From an uncultured virus (IMG/VR IMGVR_UViG_2061766007_000510) (lineage: Duplodnaviria > Heunggongvirae > Uroviricota > Caudoviricetes), in IMG/VR virus record IMGVR_UViG_2061766007_000510: DNA of 51,450 nt; one strand, given 5' to 3'. Below are positions 28,319 to 38,462 of this stretch, one piece after another (the stretch's first letter is position 1; each line of letters begins with the position of its first letter). A program made the translations under genes and the position numbers. The notes beneath the pieces were generated by a model. It saw nothing but the letters and a program-made list of their open reading frames with translations. It was not told the DNA's origin and ran no database searches.

Positions 28319-29581
28319 TTATCCACAGCACTTGTATTCGGAAGGGGCCAGACTGTTGTCGCCGAAGGCGTGTTCCTTGAAGGGAGCGACGCAGCGGGCA
28401 ATCTCGCTATCGGTAAGCATGCACCCGTGCAGCCTGACCGGCACATCGCCATCCGGGCCGACATAGAGCATGTCGCCACGGCCGCAGAGGGACTCAGCAC
28501 CGCCCTGGTCGATGATGACCTGGGAGTCGGTACGGGAGGCCACCTTCAGGGCCACTCGGGTGGACAGGTTGGCCTTCAGCGCACCGCGCACCACGTCGGC
28601 GCTCGGACGCTGCGTGGCGAGCACCAGGTGGATGCCTGCGCTCCTTGCCTTGGCCGCGAGGACCGAGAGCGGTTCCTCGAAGTCGGAACCGAAGGACACC
28701 ATCAGGTCGTAGAACTCGTCAATCACGACCACGATGCGGGGGAGCGGCGAGTAAACCGGGTTTCCGTACTGGTTTACCGGCGGGATTTCCGCCGAAGTGA
28801 TAAGGGCGTTGCATGCGTCGAGATTGTTGACGCCAATGGCCTTGAAGAAGCCCATGCGGTACTTCATCAGGGACACAGCGTAGTTCACCACCTCGATGGC
28901 CTGGTCTGTGCCGTAGGGCATGTTTCCGTCATCCTGGGTGTTCATGTTTCCGATGGAGGGATGACCGGCGAACGAGTTGAACTCCGTTCCCTTCGGGTCC
29001 ACGATGAGCAGACGGCACTCGGTCGGGTGATAGTTGCTGATAATCCCGCAGATGAGGGAGTTGAGGAACACGGACTTGCCGGAACCGCTCTGACCCGCCA
29101 CGAGCATGTGAGGGGCCTTGGAAATGTCCACCACGTACGGCTTGCCGGTGGTGTCCACGCCGAAGCACACGGAAAGCCCATTTCCTCCACCCATGGGCAC
29201 TACGCAGCCGCTAGGCACCGCGATGCGCTCGTGGTTGGGCACCTCTATCGCGAGGCGCACCATGCCGTTCCAAAGGGTCTCCCCGATGAACACCTTGGCG
29301 GAGCCCACCCCGAGACGGAGGCCGAGGTCCCTGCGCAGGTTCTCGATGCGGCTCACGTGTTCCTTGTCGCTCGTGAGCTCCACGACGTAGGTGGAGACCA
29401 CCGGACCCTTCTCGGTGCCGACGACCTTCGCGCCGATGCCGTTCGCACGGAAGAACGCGTCGATGCGTTCGCCCATCGCCTCTCCCGGGAATTCCGGGAG
29501 GCTACCGGTGAAAATACCTTCATACTTGCTGAAGTACTGTTCCTTGAAGTTATTTCCTCTTATTTTCTCGAAGTAAGACAT
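28319..29581 (-). CDS. FtsK/SpoIIIE-family DNA translocase motor domain (no TM or gamma domain)
   Basis: PHMLVAGQSGSGKS, IVDPK, IVVVIDEF, ARSAGIHLVLATQRPS, GAESLCGRGDML. Confidence 0.9.
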   Translation of the reverse strand: MSYFEKIRGNNFKEQYFSKYEGIFTGSLPEFPGEAMGERIDAFFRANGIGAKVVGTEKGPVVSTYVVELTSDKEHVSRIENLRRDLGLRLGVGSAKVFIGETLWNGMVRLAIEVPNHERIAVPSGCVVPMGGGNGLSVCFGVDTTGKPYVVDISKAPHMLVAGQSGSGKSVFLNSLICGIISNYHPTECRLLIVDPKGTEFNSFAGHPSIGNMNTQDDGNMPYGTDQAIEVVNYAVSLMKYRMGFFKAIGVNNLDACNALITSAEIPPVNQYGNPVYSPLPRIVVVIDEFYDLMVSFGSDFEEPLSVLAAKARSAGIHLVLATQRPSADVVRGALKANLSTRVALKVASRTDSQVIIDQGGAESLCGRGDMLYVGPDGDVPVRLHGCMLTDSEIARCVAPFKEHAFGDNSLAPSEYKCCG

Positions 29582-29612
29582 AGTCGTGTTCCCTTTAAAA
29601 AATTGAAAAAAA

Positions 29613-30265
29613 TTACTTGCCGTCCCATGTGTTCCTGTAGGTGACTGGCTCCATTTTCATTCCCTTGACTCCGGCATAGTCGGGGCCAAGGTAGAACTTC
29701 AGTTGGGCCAGGTACTCTTCCGTGGCGCACAGCCTGAGTTTTCCATCCGGCTTAATAAGGCTCACGTTGAGCGGATAGCCGCGCTCGAAGTACGTGGCCG
29801 GGTTGTCTCCCCGACTGTAGTACTTCCATCCGACGACGTTCATCTTGCCGAAGCCCGCCGTGGTGACGATAATGTCGGGACAGTTCTCGACGTGGTCCGT
29901 CACCAGGGCGACCTGGTTCCCCGGCTGCATCAGGTCGTACTTGCAGACCATCCCGTAGCACTTCCCGCCCTCGCGGATGATGTCCGTGTCGTATAGGTGG
30001 CGCACCGCTACGTCCGGGCAGCCCCATTCCGTCTCGCCGGTGTAGGGGTTCGCTTCCTTGAACGCGGGAACGTCGAGGTCCTTCAGGTAGGTGCAGACAT
30101 GCCTGCCGCCCTTCACCTTGAGCGTGGCGTCCCTGCCGTCGAGTTCCCACACGGTACCGCGACCGCCCGGTATGTACGGCATGCTGAACGTGAACTTTCT
30201 CGGGTCGAACTCCGCACCCNNNNNNNNNNNNNNNNNNNNGCTGTCATGTACTTGCTGATGTTCAT
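29613..30265 (-). CDS. hypothetical protein (gap near 5' end)
   Basis: GGAGG RBS; repeat copy 1 upstream. Confidence 0.65.
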
Positions 30266-30270
30266 GGTGG

Positions 30271-30642
30271 CTATTCCTCCTCGGTGCCCCTATCCGCTAC
30301 CGGGGCGCTCCGGCTTGCCCCCCGTCCGTACCCGGTGGATGCACGGCGCCTAATCTCCAGCGCCCTGCGGACCTCCCAGAGAACCTCGCGGGTGACCTTG
30401 TTGTAGAGGAAGTGCCCGTGCACGCCCTTCCCGTCAAGGGAGAGAGCCCTGGGCTGGATGCCGTCGTCCGTGCGGAGGACGAGGGTCATCCTGGGTACGA
30501 CTGAAGAGCCGACTGGAAGGCCGGCCCGTGCCAGGAGAGTATCCCTCTCCCTGTCGCTGTCGAAAGACATCTCCACGACCACCGTGGCCTTGCCCTCGAT
30601 GCGTCGCAGCGGTGTCACTGAATAAATGCTCTTGAACTTCAT
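30271..30642 (-). CDS. hypothetical protein (frame reads through repeat copy 1)
   Basis: MKFKSIYSV...; AAGGAGG RBS after repeat copy 2. Confidence 0.65.
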   Translation of the reverse strand: MKFKSIYSVTPLRRIEGKATVVVEMSFDSDRERDTLLARAGLPVGSSVVPRMTLVLRTDDGIQPRALSLDGKGVHGHFLYNKVTREVLWEVRRALEIRRRASTGYGRGASRSAPVADRGTEEE

Positions 30643-31027
30643 GGTGTCCTCCTTGTTGGTACAACACCAGTATCCGCCACCGGGAAGCTCCGGCTTGCCC
30701 CCCGTCCCCACCCGGTGGGNNNNNNNNNNNNNNNNNNNNTCGTTGAAGTCCACGATGGACTTCTTGGCGAACCATTCCTTGCCCTTGTGGGCCTCGACCT
30801 CGGCCTCGGTGTACTGCATGGACCAGTCCGTGCCGAACCTTGCCATGAAGATTCCCCTGGCCTCCTCGTAGGCCTTCGGGCATTCCGAGGGATAGGGGAC
30901 GGTCACGCGCACGTAGGTGTCGCGGTTCGGGCTGTCGAAGCCGAAGGTGAAGTANNNNNNNNNNNNNNNNNNNNNNTGCTTGATAGTTCCTTGAATTTAT
31001 CGTTTCGAGAAGAAAAAATGTAAAGCG

Positions 31028-31371
31028 CTATTTCGATGCCATGCGGGAGACGGTCTCCATAATCTCGGCATGGGTGAACTTGCAGCGTTCGCGCAGGCTC
31101 GGCTTGCCGATNNNNNNNNNNNNNNNNNNCTCCCGGACAGGTCGAACTCGAACTCCCACCTCGATTTCCCGCCGGTGGCGGCCACGTGGACCGCCAGGCC
31201 CTGCGGACCGCCGAAGGTGAGGTTGCTGCTGTAGGAAATCTCTTTGTACTCCTCCGGCGGCAGCGCTCCCAGCATGCAACTGGATACCATCAGGCGGAGG
31301 TCGGCCAGTACGACGTTCACGGACTTGACTGCCTTCTCAATGTCCCTGCCGTAGTTAATCTTTGCGCTCAT
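31028..31371 (-). CDS. hypothetical protein (gap-interrupted)
   Basis: MSAKINYG...; AAGGAG RBS. Confidence 0.6.
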
Positions 31372-31394
31372 ATATGTCTCCTTGAAGAAAAAAA

Positions 31395-31742
31395 TTATTG
31401 GTCGGTCACGTCGACCATCCCGGAAAGCAGCCGGGTCAGGACGAGGGAGTACCGGGAGTGTTCCGAGCTGCTCGGGTCGCACCCGTTGCATGCGTCCGTG
31501 TAGAACTTGATGGCGGCCTCCCTGGTGGACCAGTGGATGCTCTCTCCCCCGCAGGTCACGTCGACCCCGTGGCACGCCTCCATCAGTATGTCGGGAGTAC
31601 CGGCGGGTACCGGGGTATGCAGTCCCATACGGGCCAGCAGGGTCTCGCCGGACAGTCTCTCGACATGCCGGGTAAGCTCGTCCGGGTTCACGTCATCGTC
31701 GAGGACTACCGGAATTCTTATAGTGAGATTAAATTTCCTCAT
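31395..31742 (-). CDS. hypothetical protein
   Basis: MRKFNLTIRIP...; TGATG coupling; AIKFYTDAC..C..SSSEHSRY. Confidence 0.7.
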   Translation of the reverse strand: MRKFNLTIRIPVVLDDDVNPDELTRHVERLSGETLLARMGLHTPVPAGTPDILMEACHGVDVTCGGESIHWSTREAAIKFYTDACNGCDPSSSEHSRYSLVLTRLLSGMVDVTDQ

Positions 31743-31918
31743 CAGTTCCTCCCCGCCGCGCGCATACGCAGCATGGTCGCAGTGTTCTCCACTGGCTCCC
31801 CCCATTCCCAGCACTCGGCAACGAGCCCGTGGTTGTCCTCCACTATGCCATGGGCGTCGAGGAACCCGGCGTTGGTGAGCGCCTCCTTCACGAGCATGGT
31901 GTATTCGTCCAATGTCAT
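31742..31918 (-). CDS. small hypothetical protein
   Basis: MTLDEYTML...; ATGA coupling. Confidence 0.6.
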   Translation of the reverse strand: MTLDEYTMLVKEALTNAGFLDAHGIVEDNHGLVAECWEWGEPVENTATMLRMRAAGRN

Positions 31919-32244
31919 GCCACGCCCCCGAAACATGCGGTTTCAGCTTCCTCGGCGGAAAGCACGAACACCTGGTCGCTCTCCGGGTTACGGAAGTAGA
32001 CGGTGCCGTCCTGGCACACGTGTTCCACCTCGCAGGTCTCCCCGTCGCAGCATACCGGCCCGTCGAAATTCTTTTCGCACCCGTCCGCATAAAGGTCGAA
32101 CCAGTCGCTGCCGGAGTCCTCCGTATGCACCAGGAGGTCGCCGCAGCGGGTCCTCCTCCCGTTCACGTTCTCGCGGAGAATGTCCCACAGGGTCGACAGC
32201 GACACGCAGACCTTCTCGCCTTCAGTAAATTTTGCCTTGCTCAT
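31915..32244 (-). CDS. Cys/acidic hypothetical protein, paralog of 42859-43188
   Basis: Both share VNGRRTRCGDLLVHTED and DGPVCCDGETCEVE. Confidence 0.8.
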   Translation of the reverse strand: MSKAKFTEGEKVCVSLSTLWDILRENVNGRRTRCGDLLVHTEDSGSDWFDLYADGCEKNFDGPVCCDGETCEVEHVCQDGTVYFRNPESDQVFVLSAEEAETACFGGVA

Positions 32245-32366
32245 GATGAAGTCTCCTTGATTTCCTTGTGCCTAACCTATCCGCCACCGGGGCGTCCCGG
32301 CTTGCCCCCCGTCCCTACCCGGTGNNNNNNNNNNNNNNNNNNNNNNNNNNNNNNNNNNNNNNNNNN

Positions 32367-32747
32367 TTCCTTTTCGAGGACTTTTCGTTCGGCCAGCGCC
32401 TTCTCGTGCTTAGCCTTCTCTTCGGCTTCCCTGATACGGCGTTCCTCGTCCTTTATCTTCTTCAGTTCGGCATACGCCTCGCCGCGCGTCTCCTTGCAGA
32501 AACACTTCTCGCACAGGTCGGCGGGAACAGTAAACGTCTCGCCGTAATAGGTTTCGCCTTGCGTAACCCAGTCGACCGTGATTTCGTACCGGTCTCCTTT
32601 CCGTTCGATACCCTTGAACTCGTAATATCCTGCGCCGCTGATATATATCGAACCGAGCTTGTCGGCTACCCAGTCCGTCAAGTCATAGAGCTCGTCCAGC
32701 GTTTTGCTCGCCTCGATATAGCGGTCAATATTTTCTTTCCCATTCAT
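32367..32747 (-). CDS. hypothetical protein (3' end in gap)
   Basis: MNGKENIDRY...; GGAGG RBS. Confidence 0.65.
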
Positions 32748-32749
32748 TG

Positions 32750-33013
32750 TTATGCCTCCTTCGATACAGGTATCTTGAACACGTGAACCGAGCTGTACCA
32801 GTCGCCCCCGGTAGGCTCTCCGTATTGCCTCTCGCCCACCTGTTCGTATCCGTTCTCGCGCATCACCCAGTCCAGGTGGAGGTGGTCGTGCTTCCAGTCG
32901 CCGTCGGGCACGTCGACCTCCACATTCCCTTCCCGGGTCACATTCCATTCGTAGGGGAGTTCTTTCTCCTTGAAGAAGGCCCTCACCTGGTCAATCAGTG
33001 CCTGCATGCCCAT
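32750..33013 (-). CDS. hypothetical protein
   Basis: 87 aa; GDWKHDHLHLD; AAGGAG RBS. Confidence 0.7.
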   Translation of the reverse strand: MGMQALIDQVRAFFKEKELPYEWNVTREGNVEVDVPDGDWKHDHLHLDWVMRENGYEQVGERQYGEPTGGDWYSSVHVFKIPVSKEA

Positions 33014-33028
33014 CTCTCCTTGTAAATG

Positions 33029-33229
33029 TTATTTTGCCCTCTTGGTTGTCTCGGACTTGATGCGGATGTTCTTCACCTTCGCGGCAGCGAACGCCCTCTT
33101 TACCCAGTCCTTCGCGAACTCTTCGGCTTCCTTCTGACGTTCCTCGTGAGTATCGCCACGGCCCACACCTTCTATGGTGAACGTGACCGTAGTGCTGAAC
33201 TTCTCGTAGATGTAGTCTTTCTTGCTCAT
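33029..33229 (-). CDS. small hypothetical protein
   Basis: 66 aa after repeat and RBS. Confidence 0.7.
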   Translation of the reverse strand: MSKKDYIYEKFSTTVTFTIEGVGRGDTHEERQKEAEEFAKDWVKRAFAAAKVKNIRIKSETTKRAK

Positions 33230-33320
33230 GGTTAAGTCTCCTTGGTTTCCTTGTACCTCACCTATCCGCCACCGGGGCGTCCCGGCTTGCCCCCCGTCCG
33301 TACCCGGTGGCTACCGGGAG

Positions 33321-33512
33321 TTACTTTTCCTTCGCGACGGGTATTGCCTTGGCGCTGATGAACTTGCATCCAATCTTCTTCGTAAGGTTGTACCCGGCAA
33401 TGTTCTCGGCTGCCTTCATGCGGTCTGCGGGAGTGGCCCCGCTTGCCTTGACGGTGGTGGAATATGTCACCGTCACTGTGAAGGTTTCGGTTGTCTTGTC
33501 TACTGTAGTCAT
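33321..33512 (-). CDS. small hypothetical protein
   Basis: 63 aa between two repeats. Confidence 0.7.
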   Translation of the reverse strand: MTTVDKTTETFTVTVTYSTTVKASGATPADRMKAAENIAGYNLTKKIGCKFISAKAIPVAKEK

Positions 33513-33596
33513 GGTTAAGTCTCCTTGGTTTCCTTGTACCTCGCCTATCCGCCACCGGGGCGTACCGGCTTTCCCCCCGTCTCTACCCGGTGGGCG

Positions 33597-33854
33597 CTAG
33601 AGCCCCGAGAGGATTTCCTCCACATCCCGGAACGTACCGGCAAGCCTATCCGCGCAGATGCCGGCCTTCGCCAGGGCCATGAAGAAGTCCTTCCCGTCAT
33701 AGGGACGGGCGAAGAGCAGGTTGCCGCCGGCGGCGCACCCGATGNNNNNNNNNNNNNNNNNNNNNNNNNNNNNNNNNNNNNNNNNNNNNNNNNNNNNNNN
33801 NNNNNNNNNNNNNNNNNNNNNNNNNGCCTGTTCCCTTTCTTCCTCGGTAAGCAT
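33597..33854 (-). CDS. hypothetical protein (partly N)
   Basis: AAGGAG RBS; stop 3 nt from a repeat. Confidence 0.6.
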   Translation of the reverse strand: MLTEEEREQXXXXXXXXXXXXXXXXXXXXXXXXXXXXIGCAAGGNLLFARPYDGKDFFMALAKAGICADRLAGTFRDVEEILSGL

Positions 33855-33896
33855 AAAGAGTCTCCTTAAAAATTTAAATAACGTTTTTTGTAAAAT

Positions 33897-34463
33897 TTAA
33901 TTTTCATCCGGCATCACCAGCACGTGGTCGTCCGTGTCGAAGCATCCCGCCACCGGCAGCTCCACCGAGGGAAAACGGCCCTCGTCCAGCACGTACTCGT
34001 CCTCCACGCAGAAGTCCACCGTGACGCCAACCGGGACCACCCGGAAGGTACTGGTGTCTCTGTTGCTCACAAGGGCCAGGTTGTGCCTCTTCAGCACCTT
34101 CACGAGCCTCTCGGAGGCTTCCACCACCTCGTCAATCGCCCCGTCGGTCACCTTCCCGTACCATTCGGCCTTCCTCTTGTCGTTCTCCTCGCCCTTCCGG
34201 TACCACTTGCCAATCTCCTCGGCGAACCCGTGGTTGGACATGATGAACCTGTCGGCGCGGTCGCCGTTCCTGTAGATGGATAGCACCGGCCCGGCTGCGT
34301 TCAGGTCCAGGTCGAAGTGCACGTAGTCCCCGCCGCCCACGCGGATGAGGCCGCACACCCCGCGCGTGGCCGAGTAGTCCACGCACGTGTTCCTGACGGT
34401 CACGCAGACCCCATCGAGGGCCTTCGATACAACCTTCTCCAGGTCCGTCCCGATGGCATCCAC
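33897..34463 (-). CDS. hypothetical protein (probably extends 5' across the gap towards 34774)
   Basis: 188+ aa ORF. Confidence 0.6.
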   Translation of the reverse strand: MDAIGTDLEKVVSKALDGVCVTVRNTCVDYSATRGVCGLIRVGGGDYVHFDLDLNAAGPVLSIYRNGDRADRFIMSNHGFAEEIGKWYRKGEENDKRKAEWYGKVTDGAIDEVVEASERLVKVLKRHNLALVSNRDTSTFRVVPVGVTVDFCVEDEYVLDEGRFPSVELPVAGCFDTDDHVLVMPDEN

Positions 34464-34778
34464 GTGGTTCGCTATCCCCGCCGTACTCTCCGCGGNNNNN
34501 NNNNNNNNNNNNNNNNNNNNNNNNNNNNNNNNNNNNNNNNNNNNNNNNNNNNNNNNNNNNNNNNNNNNNNNNNNNNNNNNNNNNNNNNNNNNNNNNNNNN
34601 NNNNNNNNNNNNNNNNNNNNNNNNNNNNNNNNNNNNNNNNNNNNNNNNNNNNNNNNNNNNNNNNNNNNNNNNNAGCCTACCCCAGCGAACCCGGTCGCCC
34701 TCCGGGCGAACCCCGGAGGCTCCCGGCAGGCCCCTCGACTCCAAAAATTCCTTTACCTTCTCGGCATTGCACATGGCC

Positions 34779-35090
34779 CTATCCCCCTATTACGAAAATC
34801 CTTACGCTGCCCACGTCCACCTGGTTCACAGACCCGTCGGCGACCGCTGCCTCCAGGCAGTCGAGCCAGGAGTCGAGCTCCGGACCGTCCTTGACGAGGA
34901 AACGGCAGAGTCCGGTCCATCCGCTCCTGTTGCTGAACCCGACCGCGTAGGAGCCTCGCTGGCTCCCCACTATATCCCGGACCTCCCTGGCCGCCTCCGG
35001 CAGGCCCCGGCAGGTCCCGTCGCTCCACGTGGCCCTCTCCTTCCCGTTCACCTCGGCCATGCTCTGGCCGTATACTACGACGTGTACCAT
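34779..35090 (-). CDS. hypothetical protein
   Basis: 103 aa; AGGAG RBS after repeat. Confidence 0.65.
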   Translation of the reverse strand: MVHVVVYGQSMAEVNGKERATWSDGTCRGLPEAAREVRDIVGSQRGSYAVGFSNRSGWTGLCRFLVKDGPELDSWLDCLEAAVADGSVNQVDVGSVRIFVIGG

Positions 35091-35181
35091 GTTCCAGTCT
35101 CCTGTTTTTAAAAAATTTTTCCCGCACTCCGCCTATCCGCCACCGGTACTCCCCGGCTTGCCCCCCGTCCATACCCGGTGG

Positions 35182-35520
35182 CTACCGGGAGGACTTCATC
35201 TTCTCCCACCTGTCCATCTCGTAGTCCAGGTCCTTCGCCTTTACTCCGCAACGGACAAGGCAGTCCCTCATCTCCCTGATTTCCTTGTCGGAGAACTTCC
35301 AGAAGTTCTCGGCGATGAAGGCCTCGGATACGTCGTTCACCACGGCGTAGGTCAGGTAGCCCTTCGGGGTGCACTCCACCCGTCCACCCGGATGCTTCGG
35401 GTCGTTTACCTCCTTCTGGACGGTAGTCAGGTCGAAGAACCAGTCCATCTTGGCCGCATCGGCCAGCCGGTCGATAAGCCACCATTCGTGCCTCGTGATT
35501 TCAGTTCTGCGGTGTGCCAT
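35182..35520 (-). CDS. hypothetical protein
   Basis: MAHRRTEI...; exactly fills the interval between two repeats. Confidence 0.7.
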   Translation of the reverse strand: MAHRRTEITRHEWWLIDRLADAAKMDWFFDLTTVQKEVNDPKHPGGRVECTPKGYLTYAVVNDVSEAFIAENFWKFSDKEIREMRDCLVRCGVKAKDLDYEMDRWEKMKSSR

Positions 35521-35645
35521 TATAATGTCTCCTATAAAAAAGTTTTCCAATCCACCTATCCGCCACCCGTACTCCCCGGCTTGCCCCCCGTCCGCTCCCG
35601 GTGGAATACACCGGGAAATCCCCCGGGAGGCTACCGGGAGGTCCC

Positions 35646-36010
35646 CTAGATGCTCTCCACCTTGTAGATTTCCACGTGGTAGAGCCCGGGCTTCGTGATG
35701 TAAAGCTCCCCGCACTCCTCCTCGGCTACCTCCCGGGCAATCTCGGCAACCTTCTTGCTGAAGCCCCTGCCCTCCACGCGAGTCCACTCGCAGTTCGGCA
35801 GCGTGCTGTACAAAAGAACGCTCCCCGGGCCGTACCCGGCCAGTGCGTGGATGGCCGCCTCGAGCGCGGACGCTATCGCCCCGCTACGGGGGTTCGCATC
35901 GCTCTCCACCNNNNNNNNNNNNNNNNNNNNNNCTCGATGGCCTCGTCCTCCCCGCTCAGCGCCCCCATGTCGGTGACGCACCTCGCTCCTATCAGTACCT
36001 TCATATCCAT
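35646..36010 (-). CDS. hypothetical protein (gap-interrupted)
   Basis: MDMKVLIG...; AGGAG RBS after repeat. Confidence 0.6.
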
Positions 36011-36314
36011 GTCTCCTATTTAAAAGTTTTTTTCCTTGTACTTCTCCTATCAGCCACCGGTGCATCCCGGCTTTCCCCCCGTCCCCACCCGGTGGGTTCC
36101 ACCCGGAACCTACACGCTAGACCCGATGCCCGTACTCCCCGTAGAAGCCCCCGTGCAGTACCCCCCCTGCCCATCCGTGCAGGGTACACCGAATGTCCCC
36201 CCTACGGGGATATGCCGGGCCGATGGTGGGAACTACTGGGAGATACTGGGAGGATGTGGGGGAATACCGGGAGAAGGAGGGGTCAAACCCGTGTTCAACG
36301 AGACGAGAATTGCC

Positions 36315-36710
36315 CTTTTTGAGCGAATTTAAGCATTTGGAAAATTAAAATTTACAATACCTCCCGGAGACCCCCCGGAGACCCCCCGGAGCCTCCCGGT
36401 AGCAACCTGGGTGCAGACGAGGTGCATACTAGGTGCAGACCCGGAGCCGGAGGCCACCCCGGAGCCTACCGGGAGTCACCGGGAGCAACCTGGGAGCCAC
36501 CGGGAGATACATATCCGCCACCGGGGGCCACCGGCATGCCCCCCGTCCTCACCCGGTGGATGGAGGGCGGCTCCACGGGGACAGACCGGGATGCGCCATC
36601 CCCCTGGAGACCTCCCGGTGGCATCCGGGTGGCTACCGGGAGCGACCTGGGGGCGACCTAGGGGCTACCGGGAGGAACCTAGGGGCTACCGGGAGATACC
36701 GGGAGGGGCA
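36315..36710. repeat. non-coding tract of ~10-11-bp-periodic CCGG(G)AG units beside an AT-rich stretch
   Basis: CCGGAGACCCC repeated, then many (CT/CC)ACCGGGAG units; AT-rich 36315-36358. Confidence 0.7.
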
Positions 36711-36747
36711 AAAAAACAAAAAAAGCCCCCGCCTGACGGCGGGAGCT
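36710..36747 (-). terminator. intrinsic terminator
   Basis: GC-rich hairpin 36724-36747 followed by a long T run on the - strand. Confidence 0.7.
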
Positions 36748-36759
36748 GCCCCTTGTCGT

Positions 36760-37296
36760 TATGAGTATCAGTAGTAGATGGGCGCGAGGGTGATGCGGGC
36801 GTCCTTTACCGGCTGGGNNNNNNNNNNNNNNNNNNNNNNNNNNNNNGGCCTCCTCGGTGGTGTCCTCGGGAGCGAGGTCGTAGACCTTGACGAGCTTTCC
36901 GTTTTCGTCCACGGTGTTGATGGTAGCCACCCAGGCATCGGGCTTGGGGGGTTCGTCGACGGTATCGTGGAGGTCGTTGAGGCGCTCGCGGATGTCGGCG
37001 GCGGTCTCCTGGAACTCGTCCTTCAGGGTGTCGGTCTCGTCGGCGAGGGTGTCAATCTTGTCGGAGAGTTCCTCCCAGGCCTTCTTCTTCTTCCCGAAGA
37101 GGGGGAGTCGGAAGGACCAGGGGGAGCCGACGGCCTTGACGAAGGCGGCCACCGCGAGGATGACGATTACCGCGTAGACGGCGACGGTCTCGACGACGGT
37201 GGTCGGGGAGGCCTGGCCGGAGGCGATGAGGTAGGTGTTGAAGCCCGCGACGCCGAGTACGGCGAGGGCGACTGTGTAGATGAGTGTCTTGAGCAT
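36760..37296 (-). CDS. membrane protein with two TM helices and acidic coiled coil (3' end uncertain, gap)
   Basis: MLKTLIYTVALAVLGVAGF...VIVILAVAAFV; AAGGAG RBS. Confidence 0.7.
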
Positions 37297-37389
37297 TGGT
37301 TGACTCCTTTTGTAGTTGATTGTTTCAAGTTCGGTTTACATATACGCTACCGGGGCGTCCCGGCTTGCCCCCCGTCCGTACCCGGTGGG

Positions 37390-37740
37390 CTACGAGTTGT
37401 GGTCCGCCGTGACGAAGGACTCCAGTTCCCTTACGAGGTCGAAGGTATGGAATACGAGGTCGATTAGGGGCCAGACCTTGTAGCTGACAACCCTGTCGAG
37501 GACTACGGAGCGTTCGGTGAGGGAGCGTACGACTACCCGGCATGCGGGGTCCCTCCCGTTCCTTCCGTGGGATACGGAGGCGGGAAGGAATTCTACGGTG
37601 TGGGTGTCGGACTTCACCTTGGTGCCTCCCGGTAGAAGGACGAGGTTGAGGCCGGTGATTTCCTTGTAGTCCACGAAGGACTTGCTGATGGCGCTGGCCT
37701 CTTCCGGGGTGAACTTCTTGTGGGTATGGGTAGTGGGCAT
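37390..37740 (-). CDS. hypothetical protein
   Basis: 116 aa; stop 1 nt from a repeat. Confidence 0.7.
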   Translation of the reverse strand: MPTTHTHKKFTPEEASAISKSFVDYKEITGLNLVLLPGGTKVKSDTHTVEFLPASVSHGRNGRDPACRVVVRSLTERSVVLDRVVSYKVWPLIDLVFHTFDLVRELESFVTADHNS

Positions 37741-37758
37741 GGTCTGGCTCCTATGGGA

Positions 37759-38322
37759 TTACTTGAGCATCCCGTCGATGAGGTTGGCGAGCGCGATGAG
37801 CTGGTCCTTCTCGCAGTTGACCGCGTGGAGGCGGATTTTCTGGGAGAGGCGCTGGAGGAAGCGCGGGTCCTTCCGGGAGGGGAAGGGGAGCTGCTCGATG
37901 GGGATGCGGGAGAGTTCGGCCTCCTTCTTCAGGCGGATTTCCTCGGCCTTTGCCTGTTCGGCGTAGGCCTTGAGCTGGAGGTAGTGCTGGTGGGCGTCGT
38001 CGGCGGAGGTGTAGTTGGCCTTGGAGAGCGTCCCGGTGGCGCAGTTGCCGCATGATACCGGGAAGCCCTTGAAGTTCCTGGAGTAGTGGAGGTCCTTCCC
38101 GCAGGTACAGCGGTAGGGGTGCGGGAGGCCGAAGAGCATGGCGAAGCACTCGTCTACGCGGAGGGGGTGCTTCTGGTACACGTGGTCCTCGAAGACGCGC
38201 TTGGGGAACGGGGTCCGGCAGAGCGGACAGTGGATTGTGGTACGGGAGTACTTCATCCCCTCGGTCTTCTGGTGGGTGACGTACTGGTCCTTCGGCTGTG
38301 TGATGTACTTCAGTTGTGGCAT
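37759..38322 (-). CDS. zinc-finger protein
   Basis: C2H2-like CPLC...H...H, then CxCG and CxxC; MPQLKYIT start with AGGAG. Confidence 0.7.
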   Translation of the reverse strand: MPQLKYITQPKDQYVTHQKTEGMKYSRTTIHCPLCRTPFPKRVFEDHVYQKHPLRVDECFAMLFGLPHPYRCTCGKDLHYSRNFKGFPVSCGNCATGTLSKANYTSADDAHQHYLQLKAYAEQAKAEEIRLKKEAELSRIPIEQLPFPSRKDPRFLQRLSQKIRLHAVNCEKDQLIALANLIDGMLK

Positions 38323-38462
38323 CTGTTGGCTCCTATGAAAATTAAGATTTACAATATTGGGAAATCTCCCGGAAGCATCCGGTGCATACCGTATACGCCA
38401 CCGGGGCATGCCGGCTTGCCCCCCGTCCTCACCCGGTGGGTACGGCGGGGGCAACCGGGAGG

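Noticed and set aside
30291..30338. G-quadruplex function of the G6 tract
   Set aside because: The fourth G-run falls in the variable N6 spacer and is missing in many copies.
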